NCBI GenBank assembly: GCA_032718475.1
Contig: JAUCBJ010008053.1
Span: forward strand, 1 to 42,651
Length of the DNA: 42,651 nt
Reading direction: 5' to 3'
From: Nemertoderma westbladi
Lineage: Eukaryota > Animalia > Xenacoelomorpha
Below the pieces are notes generated by a model. The model saw only the letters and a list, made by a program, of their open reading frames with translations, had not been told where the DNA came from and ran no database searches. Every line of letters starts with the position of its first letter. The first letter of the stretch is position 1. Position numbers and translations under genes: made by a program. This document shows positions 22,172 to 34,266 of this stretch, one piece after another.

Positions 22172-23164
22172 ATGGCAACTTCTGCCGGGCATGGCAGAAT
22201 TCCACCACCCCAATTTAACTCTGAAACTGGGAGTTACAGAAGATGGAAAAAGGAGTTAATAGTATGGAAAACAATAACTGAAACTGCAAAGAATAAGCAG
22301 GCACTCACTGTCATACTTAACCTGAAGGGATTAGCTAAAGATAAAGCTCTTGATTTAAACATAGCCACTTTGCAAGTTGATGATGGCATTGATATACTTT
22401 TATCAGAATTAGATAAAACTTTCAAAAAGGAACGGGAGGAGGATGCATATGAAACATTTATAAAATTTCGAAATTTTACAAGAAATCATGGCATCAGTAT
22501 AAGAGATTATATAGTTAAATTTGAAACATGTGTTTGTCATCTTGCTGAATTTGACTTAAATTTTAATGATGCTATTTTGGCAGCAGAGTTAATACACAAA
22601 GCTAATCTTACACCAGCTGAGCGCAAAATAATATTAGCTACTACTAAACTAGAATTCAAAGATGTTAAGAAACATCTTCTACGAATGATGTCTGATATTG
22701 GTTCAGACAATGTGAACACAAGTACTACATTAGAAATACATGACAATGAAGGGCCTGAATCAGCCCTTTGGGGAACCAACCCTAGGAAGTTCACTTCTGC
22801 CAGTAAACCTTATACAAGTGGAACGGGGTACATCCCTAATAAATTTAAATCAAAACCATACAACAGTCAAATGTTGCCTACACCTTTAAGTAAGCCTAAG
22901 GGACCAAGTGCTCAAAATCGTTGTAGAATATGCGATTCTACTAGACACTTTCAACGAGATTGTCCACACAGAGTTAGTTGTAACATTTGTGAGTCAATCC
23001 TACATCAATCTCAGGCATGTCCTCATGATGATAACGAAACCTTAGCAGTTAAAGACAATATTGATACTGGCAATAGCAATACCTATAATGATACAGAAGA
23101 TGTTTTCCTCTTGCAGCATGTATTTCATCAACATGCATATGAGGAAAGGAACTGCATAAGGTAA
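22172..23164 (+). CDS. gag: Copia Gag with two CCHC knuckles
   Basis: PPQFN...YRRWKKEL.VW N-terminus, CRICDSTRHFQRDC and CNICESILHQSQAC. Confidence 0.9.
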   Translation: MATSAGHGRIPPPQFNSETGSYRRWKKELIVWKTITETAKNKQALTVILNLKGLAKDKALDLNIATLQVDDGIDILLSELDKTFKKEREEDAYETFIKFRNFTRNHGISIRDYIVKFETCVCHLAEFDLNFNDAILAAELIHKANLTPAERKIILATTKLEFKDVKKHLLRMMSDIGSDNVNTSTTLEIHDNEGPESALWGTNPRKFTSASKPYTSGTGYIPNKFKSKPYNSQMLPTPLSKPKGPSAQNRCRICDSTRHFQRDCPHRVSCNICESILHQSQACPHDDNETLAVKDNIDTGNSNTYNDTEDVFLLQHVFHQHAYEERNCIR

Positions 23165-23202
23165 CTGAGGTAACTGCCCCATACTCACCATTTAGCAATG
23201 GT

Positions 23203-25653
23203 ATGACCGAGCGTCATAATGGCCTCATCAAGGAAATATATCAAAGGATAAAGATGGAAAATCCAACTTATAAAGATTATAAGATTTTGCAAATGGCTTC
23301 CTTTGTTAAAAATGCCTGGCCTGCTAATAATGGATTTTCACCACATCAAATAATGTTTGGCAGAGGGCCAAATATAGGAAATATACTTACTGATAATATA
23401 AGTGCATTAGACAATGCAACTTCTGTAAGTAAGTCTGCTATTGATCATATAGCATTACTGAATCAGGTTCGAATAGAATTTGCAAAAGCGGATTCATCAA
23501 CTAGGATCCGGAGAGCATTATTAAAGAATGTAAGACCTACGAATAAAGGCATTTCTATGGGTGATAAAGTATACTATTTTTCTTATCAGGATGAAAAATG
23601 GTGTGGTCCAGCGAAAGTAGTTGGGATAAATGGAGCCGAAATATTAGTAGCTCATGGCTCGAAATACATACGAACCCATAGATCCAAAATACGAATTGAT
23701 AATGGTTATTATAATCAATATGTTTCAAATGAGAGTCCATCAGCTGATAGTAAAGAGGATTTACTATCAGAACCCTGCCAATACATTGAAGATGATGAAA
23801 TAGTACACTCAGAACATCTTATACAAGATCATGGCAGCTATAGCAATGATACTAATGAGAGAGAAACCAATGATATCCAAGATACTGCTAATTATAGCAG
23901 TAGCTTGAATTTACATCCCTTGTCAGACAATGAAATGACTAATGATAGTGTGAATACTCCTATCTCTAACTTGCAGTCTATGAATTCTAGTAATACTATG
24001 GAAGATTGTCGGAATGATGAAGAACACACAGAGCCAATTGTAGATAGAAAGCAATATCCCCGCCGAGTACATAAACCACCTGAGCGATATGGCTACTCTG
24101 CCGGTCATATTTCACAGAATAACATTGACAAGAAAATACAAGAAGAATATAGTTGTGAGGTAGCTGAGGCAAAAGAAAAAGAACTCTCCAATTGGCTGGA
24201 TAATAATGTATATACTGAAGTTGATGAGAGTGAATTATCACCTAATGCCAATATTGTATCAACAAGATGGGTAATTGACTTAAAATATGTTGATAGTATT
24301 CAAACTATAAAGGCTCGCCTTGTAGCCAAAGGGTTTCAAGATAATGATACTCCTATATCCTTTGCACCAACATGTGAGAAGATGTCAATACGGACTTTGC
24401 TTTCAGTTGCTGCTAGATTGAACTGGAAATTATGGATAGTGGATATAAAACGTGCATTCTTACAGAATGGCAAATTACCGGATGAGAGGATTGTTTATGT
24501 GATTCCACCAGAAGAATATTTGAGAGAGAACAAGAGATGTGTATACTGGAAATTGAAGAAGTCAATTAATGGTTTACATGATGCATCACGACATTGGTTT
24601 GTTAAACTTAAAAGTGAATTAGAGAAACTAGGCTGTCAACAAAACAAACTAGACCCTGCTATGTATTCCTTAATGTCAGTAGAAGACAATCTAATTGCAA
24701 TCATTGCCACACATGTCGATGATATAGCAATAGCAGGAAGCAGTGAAATATCATCTACATTTATTGATGGAATCCAATCAAATCTCAGTGTTGGAAAGAT
24801 AACAGATGTCAGTTGTAATTGGGTAAAATTTCTTGGTGTTTTCGTACGTACAATGGAATATGGTGGATTCGAAATTTCTCAAGATCCTTTCATTCAATCT
24901 TTGTCCTGTTCAAGCATGGAATCCTTTCAGAATTCAGAATCCAAGGATATATACCATTACTTCAAATCACTGCTTGGGAAATTGATGTGGATATCCACTA
25001 ACACTCGTCCCGACATAGCCTTTTTTGTGGGAACCTTATCACAGATTCAGCAACCAACGCTTAATGATATTTGTAGCTTGCACAAAATTGTCAGAAAATT
25101 GAAATGCGAAATAATTACCATCAAATTCCCTACTACTAATGACAAACTGGAATCTTTATATATATTTACAGATTCTTCATTTGGCAATCCATCTAGGATG
25201 GGTATCTGTATTTTTTGGGGATGTCATTTGATATATTGGTGCAGTCGCTGCACAAAGCGGGTAACAAAGAGTACATTATCTGCTGAGACCTTTTCACTTG
25301 TTGAAGGTGTCGATTTGGGAGGATACTTGCATGTCTTTCTTCATTCACTAACTCATTATTCGTATCCATTTGTTTACTTATCAGACCATAGGGGTCTGAC
25401 CCAAGATGTGCAGAGTGGAAAAATGTCGCAAGAGAGGAGATTATGCATTGATTTTGCATATATTCGGGATAACATTCAACTGGAAGACTTGATTTGGATA
25501 CCTACTAAACTACAAATCGCAGACACATTAACAAAATCAAGAAGTCTGGCGTCACTATTGTTAAAACGTATTCTAGATGATCCCACTTGTCTATATGAGT
25601 GTATATCTATTTTAGCTGAACACAAACATAGAAAGAAAGTAAATGTATTTTAG
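23203..25653 (+). CDS. pol: Copia Pol: integrase C-terminal half, RT and RNase H
   Basis: (TAPYSPFSNG)MTERHN, STRWV, KARLVAKGF, DIKRAFLQ, GLHDASRHW, HVDD, TRPDI, FTDSS and QIADTLTK. Confidence 0.95.
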   Translation: MTERHNGLIKEIYQRIKMENPTYKDYKILQMASFVKNAWPANNGFSPHQIMFGRGPNIGNILTDNISALDNATSVSKSAIDHIALLNQVRIEFAKADSSTRIRRALLKNVRPTNKGISMGDKVYYFSYQDEKWCGPAKVVGINGAEILVAHGSKYIRTHRSKIRIDNGYYNQYVSNESPSADSKEDLLSEPCQYIEDDEIVHSEHLIQDHGSYSNDTNERETNDIQDTANYSSSLNLHPLSDNEMTNDSVNTPISNLQSMNSSNTMEDCRNDEEHTEPIVDRKQYPRRVHKPPERYGYSAGHISQNNIDKKIQEEYSCEVAEAKEKELSNWLDNNVYTEVDESELSPNANIVSTRWVIDLKYVDSIQTIKARLVAKGFQDNDTPISFAPTCEKMSIRTLLSVAARLNWKLWIVDIKRAFLQNGKLPDERIVYVIPPEEYLRENKRCVYWKLKKSINGLHDASRHWFVKLKSELEKLGCQQNKLDPAMYSLMSVEDNLIAIIATHVDDIAIAGSSEISSTFIDGIQSNLSVGKITDVSCNWVKFLGVFVRTMEYGGFEISQDPFIQSLSCSSMESFQNSESKDIYHYFKSLLGKLMWISTNTRPDIAFFVGTLSQIQQPTLNDICSLHKIVRKLKCEIITIKFPTTNDKLESLYIFTDSSFGNPSRMGICIFWGCHLIYWCSRCTKRVTKSTLSAETFSLVEGVDLGGYLHVFLHSLTHYSYPFVYLSDHRGLTQDVQSGKMSQERRLCIDFAYIRDNIQLEDLIWIPTKLQIADTLTKSRSLASLLLKRILDDPTCLYECISILAEHKHRKKVNVF

Positions 25654-26208
25654 TTTTTTTTTTTAGATTTATATTGGGGTTCATCATGATGATGTGGGTT
25701 GAATGTTATTGATATATTATATTGTTGAAATGTTTTTCCAAATATTTCTTGCAATTATCGATACAGTAATTGATATTTTTGGAAAGGCGGATGATAGATA
25801 GACAATACTACGTAATTCCGAAAGACAGTACTGGACTTGTTATATTATATATCATATGTATGTTACATAGATTTAACTGATGGATATGCATATATGTTAG
25901 CAAGACGCTAGGCATATGTTATTTTATATGTCGTCTATTGTTATATGTTATTGTTGTACATGTGCATGTACAGTATTACGTAATTCTAAGATACATTTAA
26001 TTGGTGGCATTTCCTTGCCATTGTTTTATTTTGGCATTTAACGTATACTGCATACTTTATTTATCCATTTTGTACTTTTAACGCCAATTAAAAAAAAAAC
26101 CGAAGAGATTGGTGATATTGTTATGCTATATATGTTGGTGTGGTATTTGTAGCGTATATTGTCCTATACATACTTGATTTATCCATTTATTACTATGGAC
26201 ACCAATTT

Positions 26209-26385
26209 AAGAAAGACCGAAGAGATTGTTATATTATTTACTGTATGTGTCTTTTGTCTAGTTACTGTTTTATAGTTTGTGCTAGTACCGTGTTTGAGTC
26301 TGTATGTGTTCTTCATTATATGCAAGCACCACTGTACAGCTGTACCTACCAGGTCAGCAGGTACCGGTATCTTTCTACTTTAACA
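26209..26385 (+). repeat. PPT and 3' LTR (26227-26385) of E
   Basis: AAGAAAGACCGAAGAGAT|TGTTAT... Confidence 0.9.
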
Positions 26386-29300
26386 CGATCAGCGCCTTTT
26401 CGACTTTGTTAGCGAAGGTCTTAATGCTAACGGGATTATCCTGTAGGCCACCCGATGTTATGCCCCTCAGCGTCTGCCTGATGATCTTGGCCGGGTGCCC
26501 GTATTCCCTATCCAGTGCCCGCCATGCTGTCGTGAAGCCGCCCTCTATTCCTTGATATTGCCTCACGATATCGTATGCTGGGCCTCCCGTATATACTTGC
26601 AGATATTTTAGGCACTCCGCCTGCGTCAAGTTTTTTGTTAGTATTTCGTTACTATACATGCGCCGAAACTGTAGATATTCTTCCGGCCTACTCCCATCGA
26701 ATTTGAATGGTTCCACGGGTGGTAGCTCGATCCTCGTTTTCAACGCATCGATCAACGTGGCCATCCCCATCGCCTGCGCTTCCAATGGATTCGACGGGTG
26801 CTGTATAGTTTCTCCTGTCTGGTGCGGTTCCTCCGTCCTATTTCTTGATCTTCTCTGACTTGGGTATGTCATCGGGGGTAGCGGCCCCCTCCGTATTTCT
26901 GTGTCACACGACCTGTTTTCATCTAAGGGTCTCGTTGTTCTTGCTCCTATCGGGGTATATTGTTGATATTGTGATGGGGGAATGTCACCCTGTCCCCCCC
27001 CCCCCCCCCACCGGTATGTTTGGTACTGGGGTTGATGTTAATATGTTGGGGCCCATACACCTATCCGCAATAATTCCCCCCTCCCCTGGGTATATGTTAT
27101 GTCCCTGCATGCTGTAGTCATACTGCTGTACTGGTACCGGTATAGGCCTATCAGCTTCTGGCCTACTCGCCGGTATGTATTCCGCGACTTCCGGGTTTAA
27201 TCCCGTTGTCCACGCTATCCTATCGCCTGCATTGCCTCTCTCAGTATGGCCTATGGTATGTGCAGTAAGGCCTACAGTATGTCCTACAGTCTGCATGTGT
27301 TGTTCGGGATCGAAGTTTATTCTTCTCGAATAATCCTCCCCGCGGCTACCGTATTCTCGATCGGTAGGTATATTCCGTCGGAAAGTTTCTCTTCGACCCC
27401 CCTCCTCTACTGTTCTCGTCTTCGTACCGGTACATTGCGTACCCCTCTCATCGGCGCGTAGTGCGCCTCGCCGGGTCGCATCTCTCCGGGGCGACGGCAA
27501 TCTCCCGGAGTCCGACCCCACTGACTCTCCGTCCTCATCTCAACTACCGACGGCTCGCTATCCGTCCTCGCTCTTCTATCGTTCGCGGCGATACCTCTAC
27601 TACTGTCTTCTCCTCTTCTCCTTTCAGTGGAATATTCCCGTTCGTGAGATCTCTCGTCGACCTCCCGGTTAAACCCCACTGTTCTTCTTCCCTCTTCTGA
27701 TCGGGCTCGACGCTTCGTCCGCCCTCTTACGACGTCAACCTGTCTCTCTCTGCTCGGTCGCACGCCGCTGGGGATACTCGCAATCCCCCTATTACTTTCC
27801 GTCGCCGGTTGTTGCGGTTTACCTATTTCGGCCCTCGCACTATCCGCTGACGGCTGTGGGACACTCTCTGCCCCCCCCCCCCCCTTTCGCCGCTAACTCG
27901 CTGTTGTGGGGCTCTCGTAGCCCCCCCCCCCCCCCCCCCACTCGCCACATCTAACTTCGCTATCTCTCATCCCGCCACCATATCCCTCTCCAGTCGACAC
28001 ATCAACCCCACCGCGGTCGGGTTTATTCACCCCCGCCTCTCTCTCTGCTATTGCGTGGCCTACCAGGCCCTCTGCTCCCTGCCTACCGACTATGTGGCCT
28101 ACCAGGCCCTCGCTGGGTCTATTCAACCCAGCCACTCCCTGCCTACTGACTATATGGCCTACCAGGCCCTCGCTGGGTCTATTCAACCCAGCCACTCCCT
28201 GCCTACCAACTACGTGGCCTACCAGGCCCTCGCTGGGTCCATCCAACCCAGCCACTCCCTGCCTACCAACTACGTGGCCTACCAGGCCCTCGCCGGGTCT
28301 ACCTAACCCAGCCACTCCCTGCCTACCAACTACGTGGCCTACCAGGCCCTCGCCGGGTCTACCTAACCCAGCTACTTCCGGCCTACTAACTACGTGGCCT
28401 ACCAGGGCCCCATCTGTCTGGCCATACACGCCCGACGTGTTTACATTAATAGCACCCGTATTGGAAACGGAATTAATTTGTTCGTTCGAAATAAAATCAT
28501 TTGAATTATCTTGCGCGACTACACTATCTGAATTATTTTGTAAATTCGGGCTCGCTGAATTATTTAAGTTATTTGGATTATTTTGTGTAATTGCATTACT
28601 TAAATTATTTTGTAAGTTCGAATTTGGGTTATTACTTTGATTATTTGGATTATTTTGCGTAGCTACATTAATATTAGAATTACTTTCTACATTAATATTA
28701 GGAATGTTCTGATTTAAATTTAAATTACTACCACTAGGTAAAGTATTTCCTGCAATAAAGGTTTGATTAGAATTATCCCATACGGTACTATTAATATTAA
28801 CCACGTCTACTGTACCATTATCATTATTACCCCCCCCCCCCCCCCGCCCGTACGGTCACACCAGTTTTGGGTCTGTCGTGCGGTCCCTGTAAGTGGGGTA
28901 TTAATAAATGTATCCACGGCCCCTGGCTCCTCTAAAATACTCGAGCCAGTCCCGCTCTCTGACGTCCCCGGCCCGCACCAGTTGCAGCTCGTGCATGCGT
29001 CTAATCCTATGTTCCCCAAGCTCACTTTGCCGTCTCTTTAGTTCCTTTTGCTCTCGCTCAGCTTCTGCCATTCTCCTCTCACGCTCCCGCGCGTCCTGGC
29101 CAGCCAACTCTGCTACTCTCCTAGCGCTCTCCCTTCGTCTCGCTTCACGCTCTCTGCGTTCACTTTCCTCCCTCGCCTCACGTTTCTCGCGTTCCGCCTC
29201 ACGTTCCTTTCATTCACTTTCCTCCCTCGCCTCACGTTTCTCGCGTTCCGCCTCACGTTCCTTTCGTTCACTTTCCCACTTCGCCTCACGCTCCTTGCGT

Positions 29301-30433
29301 TCACTTTTCTCTCTCGCCACACGCTCCTCTTGTTCCTTCAACTCTATTTCATCATACTCCCTAAGGCTTCTCAAAGCCCTTTCGGCCTTCTCTCCGGTTT
29401 CTCTAATCAATGCCGCTTCCCTCTCTAGCCGCATTCTCCCCTCCTCTAGCCGTTTATCCATTTCCCTCTGACCTTGCTCTATCAGCTCGAGACGGTACGC
29501 GGCACCTGCCTCTCTCACCAGTCTTTCTTTCGCGGAGGATGTAGCAGACTTATCGGTCACGACGGACTCCCTTCGCCTCCCCGTCCTACTAACTTTCCCC
29601 CGCTTCCCGGAACTTCCTCCGACCGACGAGGCCGAATCCTCGGGGTTAACCTCGGATTCGCCCCCTTCAGGTCTGTTCCAACCCACTAATTTTATACCCC
29701 GGGCATCGACCAAGTATGGCCCTATGTACACTGACGCTACGCTAGGTTCCATACTCCCACATTCCCATAGTTCAAACAGTTCGCTGGCAACCCCTTTTGC
29801 TCTCTCCTCGGCTAGTTCTCTCTGCCCAAAACGCATTAGGTAATTAAAGTGTCTATCCGACTCACCTAGTCGTTTCCTCAGTCTCACCTCGTCTATCTTC
29901 GCCCCTTCCTTCTTAGCGTCCTTTAGTAGTCTCTGGGTCGTGTTGTAGGCCCGTCGAAGTCGATCAGAAACCCCGACGTCCTCGTCGCCGATCTCTCTTC
30001 CGTCTCTCCGGGTCCGACGTCGTACCGGCGGCCCCACCGTCGCCGTTTCGGTGGGCCGTTCGTCGCCCTCGGCCTGTGGCTGGCCGGCGACATCGGTACC
30101 GATATCTCCTTCGTCTCTCTGCGTCCGGGGCCGCACCGTCGGCCCCACCGTCGCCGTTTCGGTGGGCCGCTCGTCGCCCTCGGCCTGTGGCTGGCCGGCG
30201 ACACCGGTGCGTCGACCCCCGTCCCGTGTCGACTCGTCTCCTTCTCCCTCGAGCTCGTTCTCTCTATCCTCCGACTCGACCTCAGGTTCCAGGCCCTCCT
30301 CGTCCTGAACTGCCGGATGACCCGTTACCGATGGGTCCGGCGTTGTGGGCCTGTATCGCCTGGTTGCGGCCTCGCGGATCGTTAGCTCTTCGTCCGGGGT
30401 CCGCGTCGGTGTTATCTCTCCCGACTGACTCAT
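26386..30433 (-). pseudogene. gag: Element B Gag N-terminal region, very long, with a nonsense codon and several frameshifts
   Basis: Starts MSQSGEIT 68 nt after the LTR. Contains a coiled-coil EREARE region, CGA>TGA at 29210, and DUF1759-like FKFDGS...YLQVYTGGPA...EYGHP that rejoins LKTLDAPY across the Copia. Confidence 0.85.
28050..28410 (-). repeat. 60-bp in-frame tandem repeat in B gag (~6 units)
   Basis: EGLVGHVVGRQGVAGL(G/N/D)RP repeats. Confidence 0.9.
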
Positions 30434-30460
30434 CTTTCTTCTGCAGATTTGGTGGCTGGT

Positions 30461-30501
30461 GGTTACTGAGTTTATCTAGGGCGGCAGCTGGGTTTAGTTA
30501 C
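30461..30501 (-). promoter_or_regulatory. Non-tRNA primer-binding position of B, complementary to its own LTR
   Basis: The leader forms an imperfect ~41-nt inverted repeat with 30669-30710, starting at the first base after the LTR. No TGG. Confidence 0.7.
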
Positions 30502-31042
30502 TGTGACGGGATCCAAGAGGGATCCCGGTTTATCCGGTTTTAGTTCACGCGTCCCCGCCGTGTATAAAGAGTAAATGAGTTTATGCTGTTCTTCGTATAT
30601 AATATTACGATATGCAGATATAGATATAGATATGAGATAATATTGTCGTATACGGAAGGCGGGATACGGTAACTAAAGTCCCGGTCCTTCCCTAGCTAAA
30701 CTATGTAACCTTATCTAGCACCGGTATTGCACTGAGATAACTGAATTGGTATGATTACTGCCAAGTGGCTATATTGCACGGTTGGCCTTGTTACTCTACC
30801 TAATCGATGCCTTTCCCCCCTCTGATTGGTTGATACCCTTGTTGGCGCCCTTTGGAGTGTTCCCGTTCACTCCACCTATTCTCTCTGGGTTAGGGGTTTG
30901 GCCCCTGACCCTCATTGTGTGCTTCTCCTTCCCATTCTTATTGGGATGGCACGAGTTGGTTAATTACCCAATCTCGTGGCTCCCAATATTGCTTATCGGC
31001 TTACAACTTTATGGGGTGTTAGCGGGATTGAATAAGCTAACA
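30502..31042 (-). repeat. 5' LTR of B
   Basis: TGTTAG...GTCACA on the minus strand, TCAGTT Inr at 30744-30739, and CGCAA TSD. Confidence 0.95.
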
Positions 31043-32617
31043 CGCAAGGTGTGCGAAGTGCGGTGCAAAACATCATCTCTTGTTGCACACTGAATTCGAA
31101 AGAAACAGCCCGAGTCAGGTAACTGATTCCGAACTACATGTCCAATTCAGTGATGTGAACGACACTGACCAAAGTTCTGAGATGGAAGGATTCTATACGG
31201 ATGAATTCTCCGACGAAGATGAATCCTGTTACATGATAAATACCGCAGTGTATCGAGCACTTACGTATGAAAAAGACACAGACAGCGACCTCACCCTAAC
31301 TACTTCTGATCGACAACCATCTTGGAAAGCGCCAACTTCCAATGTAGGAATCCGAGAATTTCCTGTAGTACAGTTAAGGGTCCACGGACCTAAAAGGAGT
31401 TATATAGTGAACACCCTCCTTGACTCCGGTAGCACAGGAACATTCATCGACAAAGAACTAGCCGAAGACATCTTTGCTGGACAACCCAAGTTCCGAACTA
31501 AGTTAAACATGTCAGGAATTATGCAGGTTTGGAAATCTACAGTAATAGCCGATTATTATGTAGGTGCGTTGTCCACCCCCCAGGATGAACTAGGAGAACA
31601 CAGTATAAGGTCAGTAAAAATGGTGGCGATAAAGAACTTCGCTACCAGCCAAGTAGAACCTTATAACTGGGATGAGGACGATTCCACCCAGCAGCTTAAT
31701 ATACCTAGATTCACCACAGACTACCCTGGAGTGCAAATACTCATCGGCCAAAATGCGCATGAGGCGCTTGAGACATTGGAGAAACGGCCTGCTCAACCGC
31801 AACCACTACAAGCCTATGCGGGAAGAACTAGAGTAGGTTGGTACTTTACTGGCCCTTCCCGTAGAACTCTCATAGAAAGATTACCAAAAGAACAGGTATA
31901 TCAAGTAAAGGAATGGGAAGTAGAGAGCAGTGAGGTAGACGACCCAACTGAGGGAACACCATACTCCTCAGATAATGACAATATTAACTCCAATGTAGAT
32001 CAATGGAGACATTGCCCCGAGACGATTAATCTAGCCGACATCGCTTCCAGAGGAGCAACTCCTCAAGAACTGACAGATACTCCAGACTGGTTAGGTGGAC
32101 CCGACCTCCTAAGTAAAGAAGATGAATGGCCTCCCCATTTTACCACGGCTGAGATTAGACAAGCCAAGGGAGCGGAGAAAGTCAAACCTAAAACCCGGAC
32201 GTGTAAATCAAGGTTATTTAAACCCGTGATAGATCTGTCTGTACTACACATTGCCAGGGACGACGCTGTGGATCTAAACTCCCCCACCGCGAACCGATCT
32301 GTTGTGGAGATCAGAGAGAGAGACTGGAGATCTGGAACACCAGACGTCTCGCCGGGACTCTCACCTCTCCTGCCGGGAGCGATGGACCACTATAGATCCT
32401 GGAATCGGCTTCGTAAGGCCGTCGTGTATTTGAAGTGATGTTTCTATCGTCACTATTCCAGGACGAAGAGGAAACCTGGAATTGTCTTCGAGACACAGCA
32501 GCTCAATCGCCCAGTTGGTCGTTTATGTTTACTGGAAAGAGACCGAGAACTGTCCGGAAACTATGGAAGGCAAGATACTCTTCCCACGACCACCTCCCTA
32601 ATCCAACAAACATCTAG
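31043..32617 (+). pseudogene. Element C gag end and protease fused to RNase H-downstream and integrase-end remnants
   Basis: LLDSGSTGTFI and RTRVGWYFTGP lead directly to QWRHCPETINLADIASRG and SWNRLRK. No YVDD or DDE core. Confidence 0.85.
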
Positions 32618-34266
32618 GGACTCCCCAACGTAACAGCGTCTGGAGTGGGTGTGTGACTATATTATTTTATATTTGTTTTTATTATTTTACATTTATGTAT
32701 GTATTATTATGTAATTTTATTATAATCGTTTTCTTTAATTTTATTTAGTAGAATGTTATTTTAGCGATTATTTAGTAGATTAGTGCAATGTATATTCGCG
32801 TTTATTACTTAATTACTTATATATTATATATTTAGTGCGACGGCGAGAAATAATTATTTTCTCTTTCCTTACTGCCCGTATTACATTATAAATACGTGAC
32901 TACAGTAAGATGAAATGTCCGTACTTATTAAAGTACAATAAAGCTCCTACTATATTCAAGTATTATTGGTAAGTAGAGTATTAGGAATGCAAAGTTCAGA
33001 TCCTCGTGTCTCGGCTAAACCAAGCTCTGGGTAGACCTTGGAAACGACTTGCCTCTTCTCACTGACATTGCTTCTTGCGATATTGCTCTCATACCGTATA
33101 TTAAATAATACATATAGTAGCGTGATGTCCCTTTAACAGTAGCGTAAAACGCAAAAATAAATCTGTTAAACCCTTTGACCATCTGTAATTCTAGTCGATT
33201 AAGATATCGCGGCACCCACCGATATACTTGAAAGACAAAATTCTAGAATCAATGGCTAACGTCCCCAGACATGTTCTGGAATAAACCGGTGCCCATCTTA
33301 AATATTAATTATTAATATTTACAAAATCTGTCAAATTTTAGATCCTTTAAAATTCTAGTCTATTAAGATATCGTAGCACTTACCGATATTCTTAAAAAGA
33401 CCAATTTCCTAGAATCAAGGATCCCAGTCCCCAGACATGTTCTGGAATAAAATTGTGTCTATTTAACATAAATAATAAAATTTACGAGAATAAATTTAAA
33501 TTCATATTTTTAATGAATTTAATAAATTGTCATTTTTATACAATTTATAACATTCCCAAAATTCCTTTAATTAATAGATCATGGGAGCGGAGATTCACTC
33601 TATTAAGTGTATTAGTGTGCGAGAATCTCCAATATATAGTCAATAGCCGATAAAATTCATAAAATCATGTATAGAGAGGATATTGACCATTAAAGAATTA
33701 CTATTAAATAGCATCCCAGATCTGTATGCATGAGAATTTCCCTAATTCTACCGCTACCTTTCCATAATGTCACCAGGGCAACAACCACGCTAGAATTAGA
33801 AGTGAGTTAAAAGAACAATAAAGGCTTGCCCATTGAATAGCATAGGGAATAAATAGCACACTGCTAGTATCCAAGGATACATAATAATAACGTGACATTC
33901 TGGAAGGCACTGACTAACGGACAAATGGCCCGAATGTGTGCGGTTTGTGACAGTTGTGTGGAATTTGTGCGTTTATAGGTGAATGTTACTACTAAAGTGT
34001 GTTTACAGTAGCGAGTCGCAATTGTGAAAGTAGCCCTAACTCCAGTAAGAACCTGAAGTAAATCTAAGCCTTTGGGACGGACGGTAGAGTGACTCGCGCT
34101 GGTTGTTGTGGTCGTTGTGCAGCTACGACGTTGGCAATAGGCACATCAGCGAAAGTACACCAGCGCTGAGGATCTTGCGCTGTCCGGGGGCCGAGAGGGG
34201 TAGGCAGCGACGCCCGCTAGCCTAAATATAAACTCATTATAATATTGATAAACTCGTATAGCAGAT

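Larger units (their letters stand above)
21462..26385 (+). mobile_element. Copia LTR retrotransposon E (GalEa-like), internally deleted, inserted in B gag
   Basis: 159-bp LTRs that appear identical, TSD CGATC (21457-21461 and 26386-26390), PBS TGGTAGCAGAGC, and IN-RT-RH order with KARLVA, HVDD, TRPDI and ADTLTK. Confidence 0.95.
13188..31042 (-). mobile_element. BEL/Pao LTR retrotransposon B, near full length but with stops and frameshifts
   Basis: TG..CA LTRs of ~540 bp, TSD CGCAA (13183-13187 and 31043-31047), and gag-PR-RT-RNaseH-IN order with Pao motifs. Confidence 0.95.
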
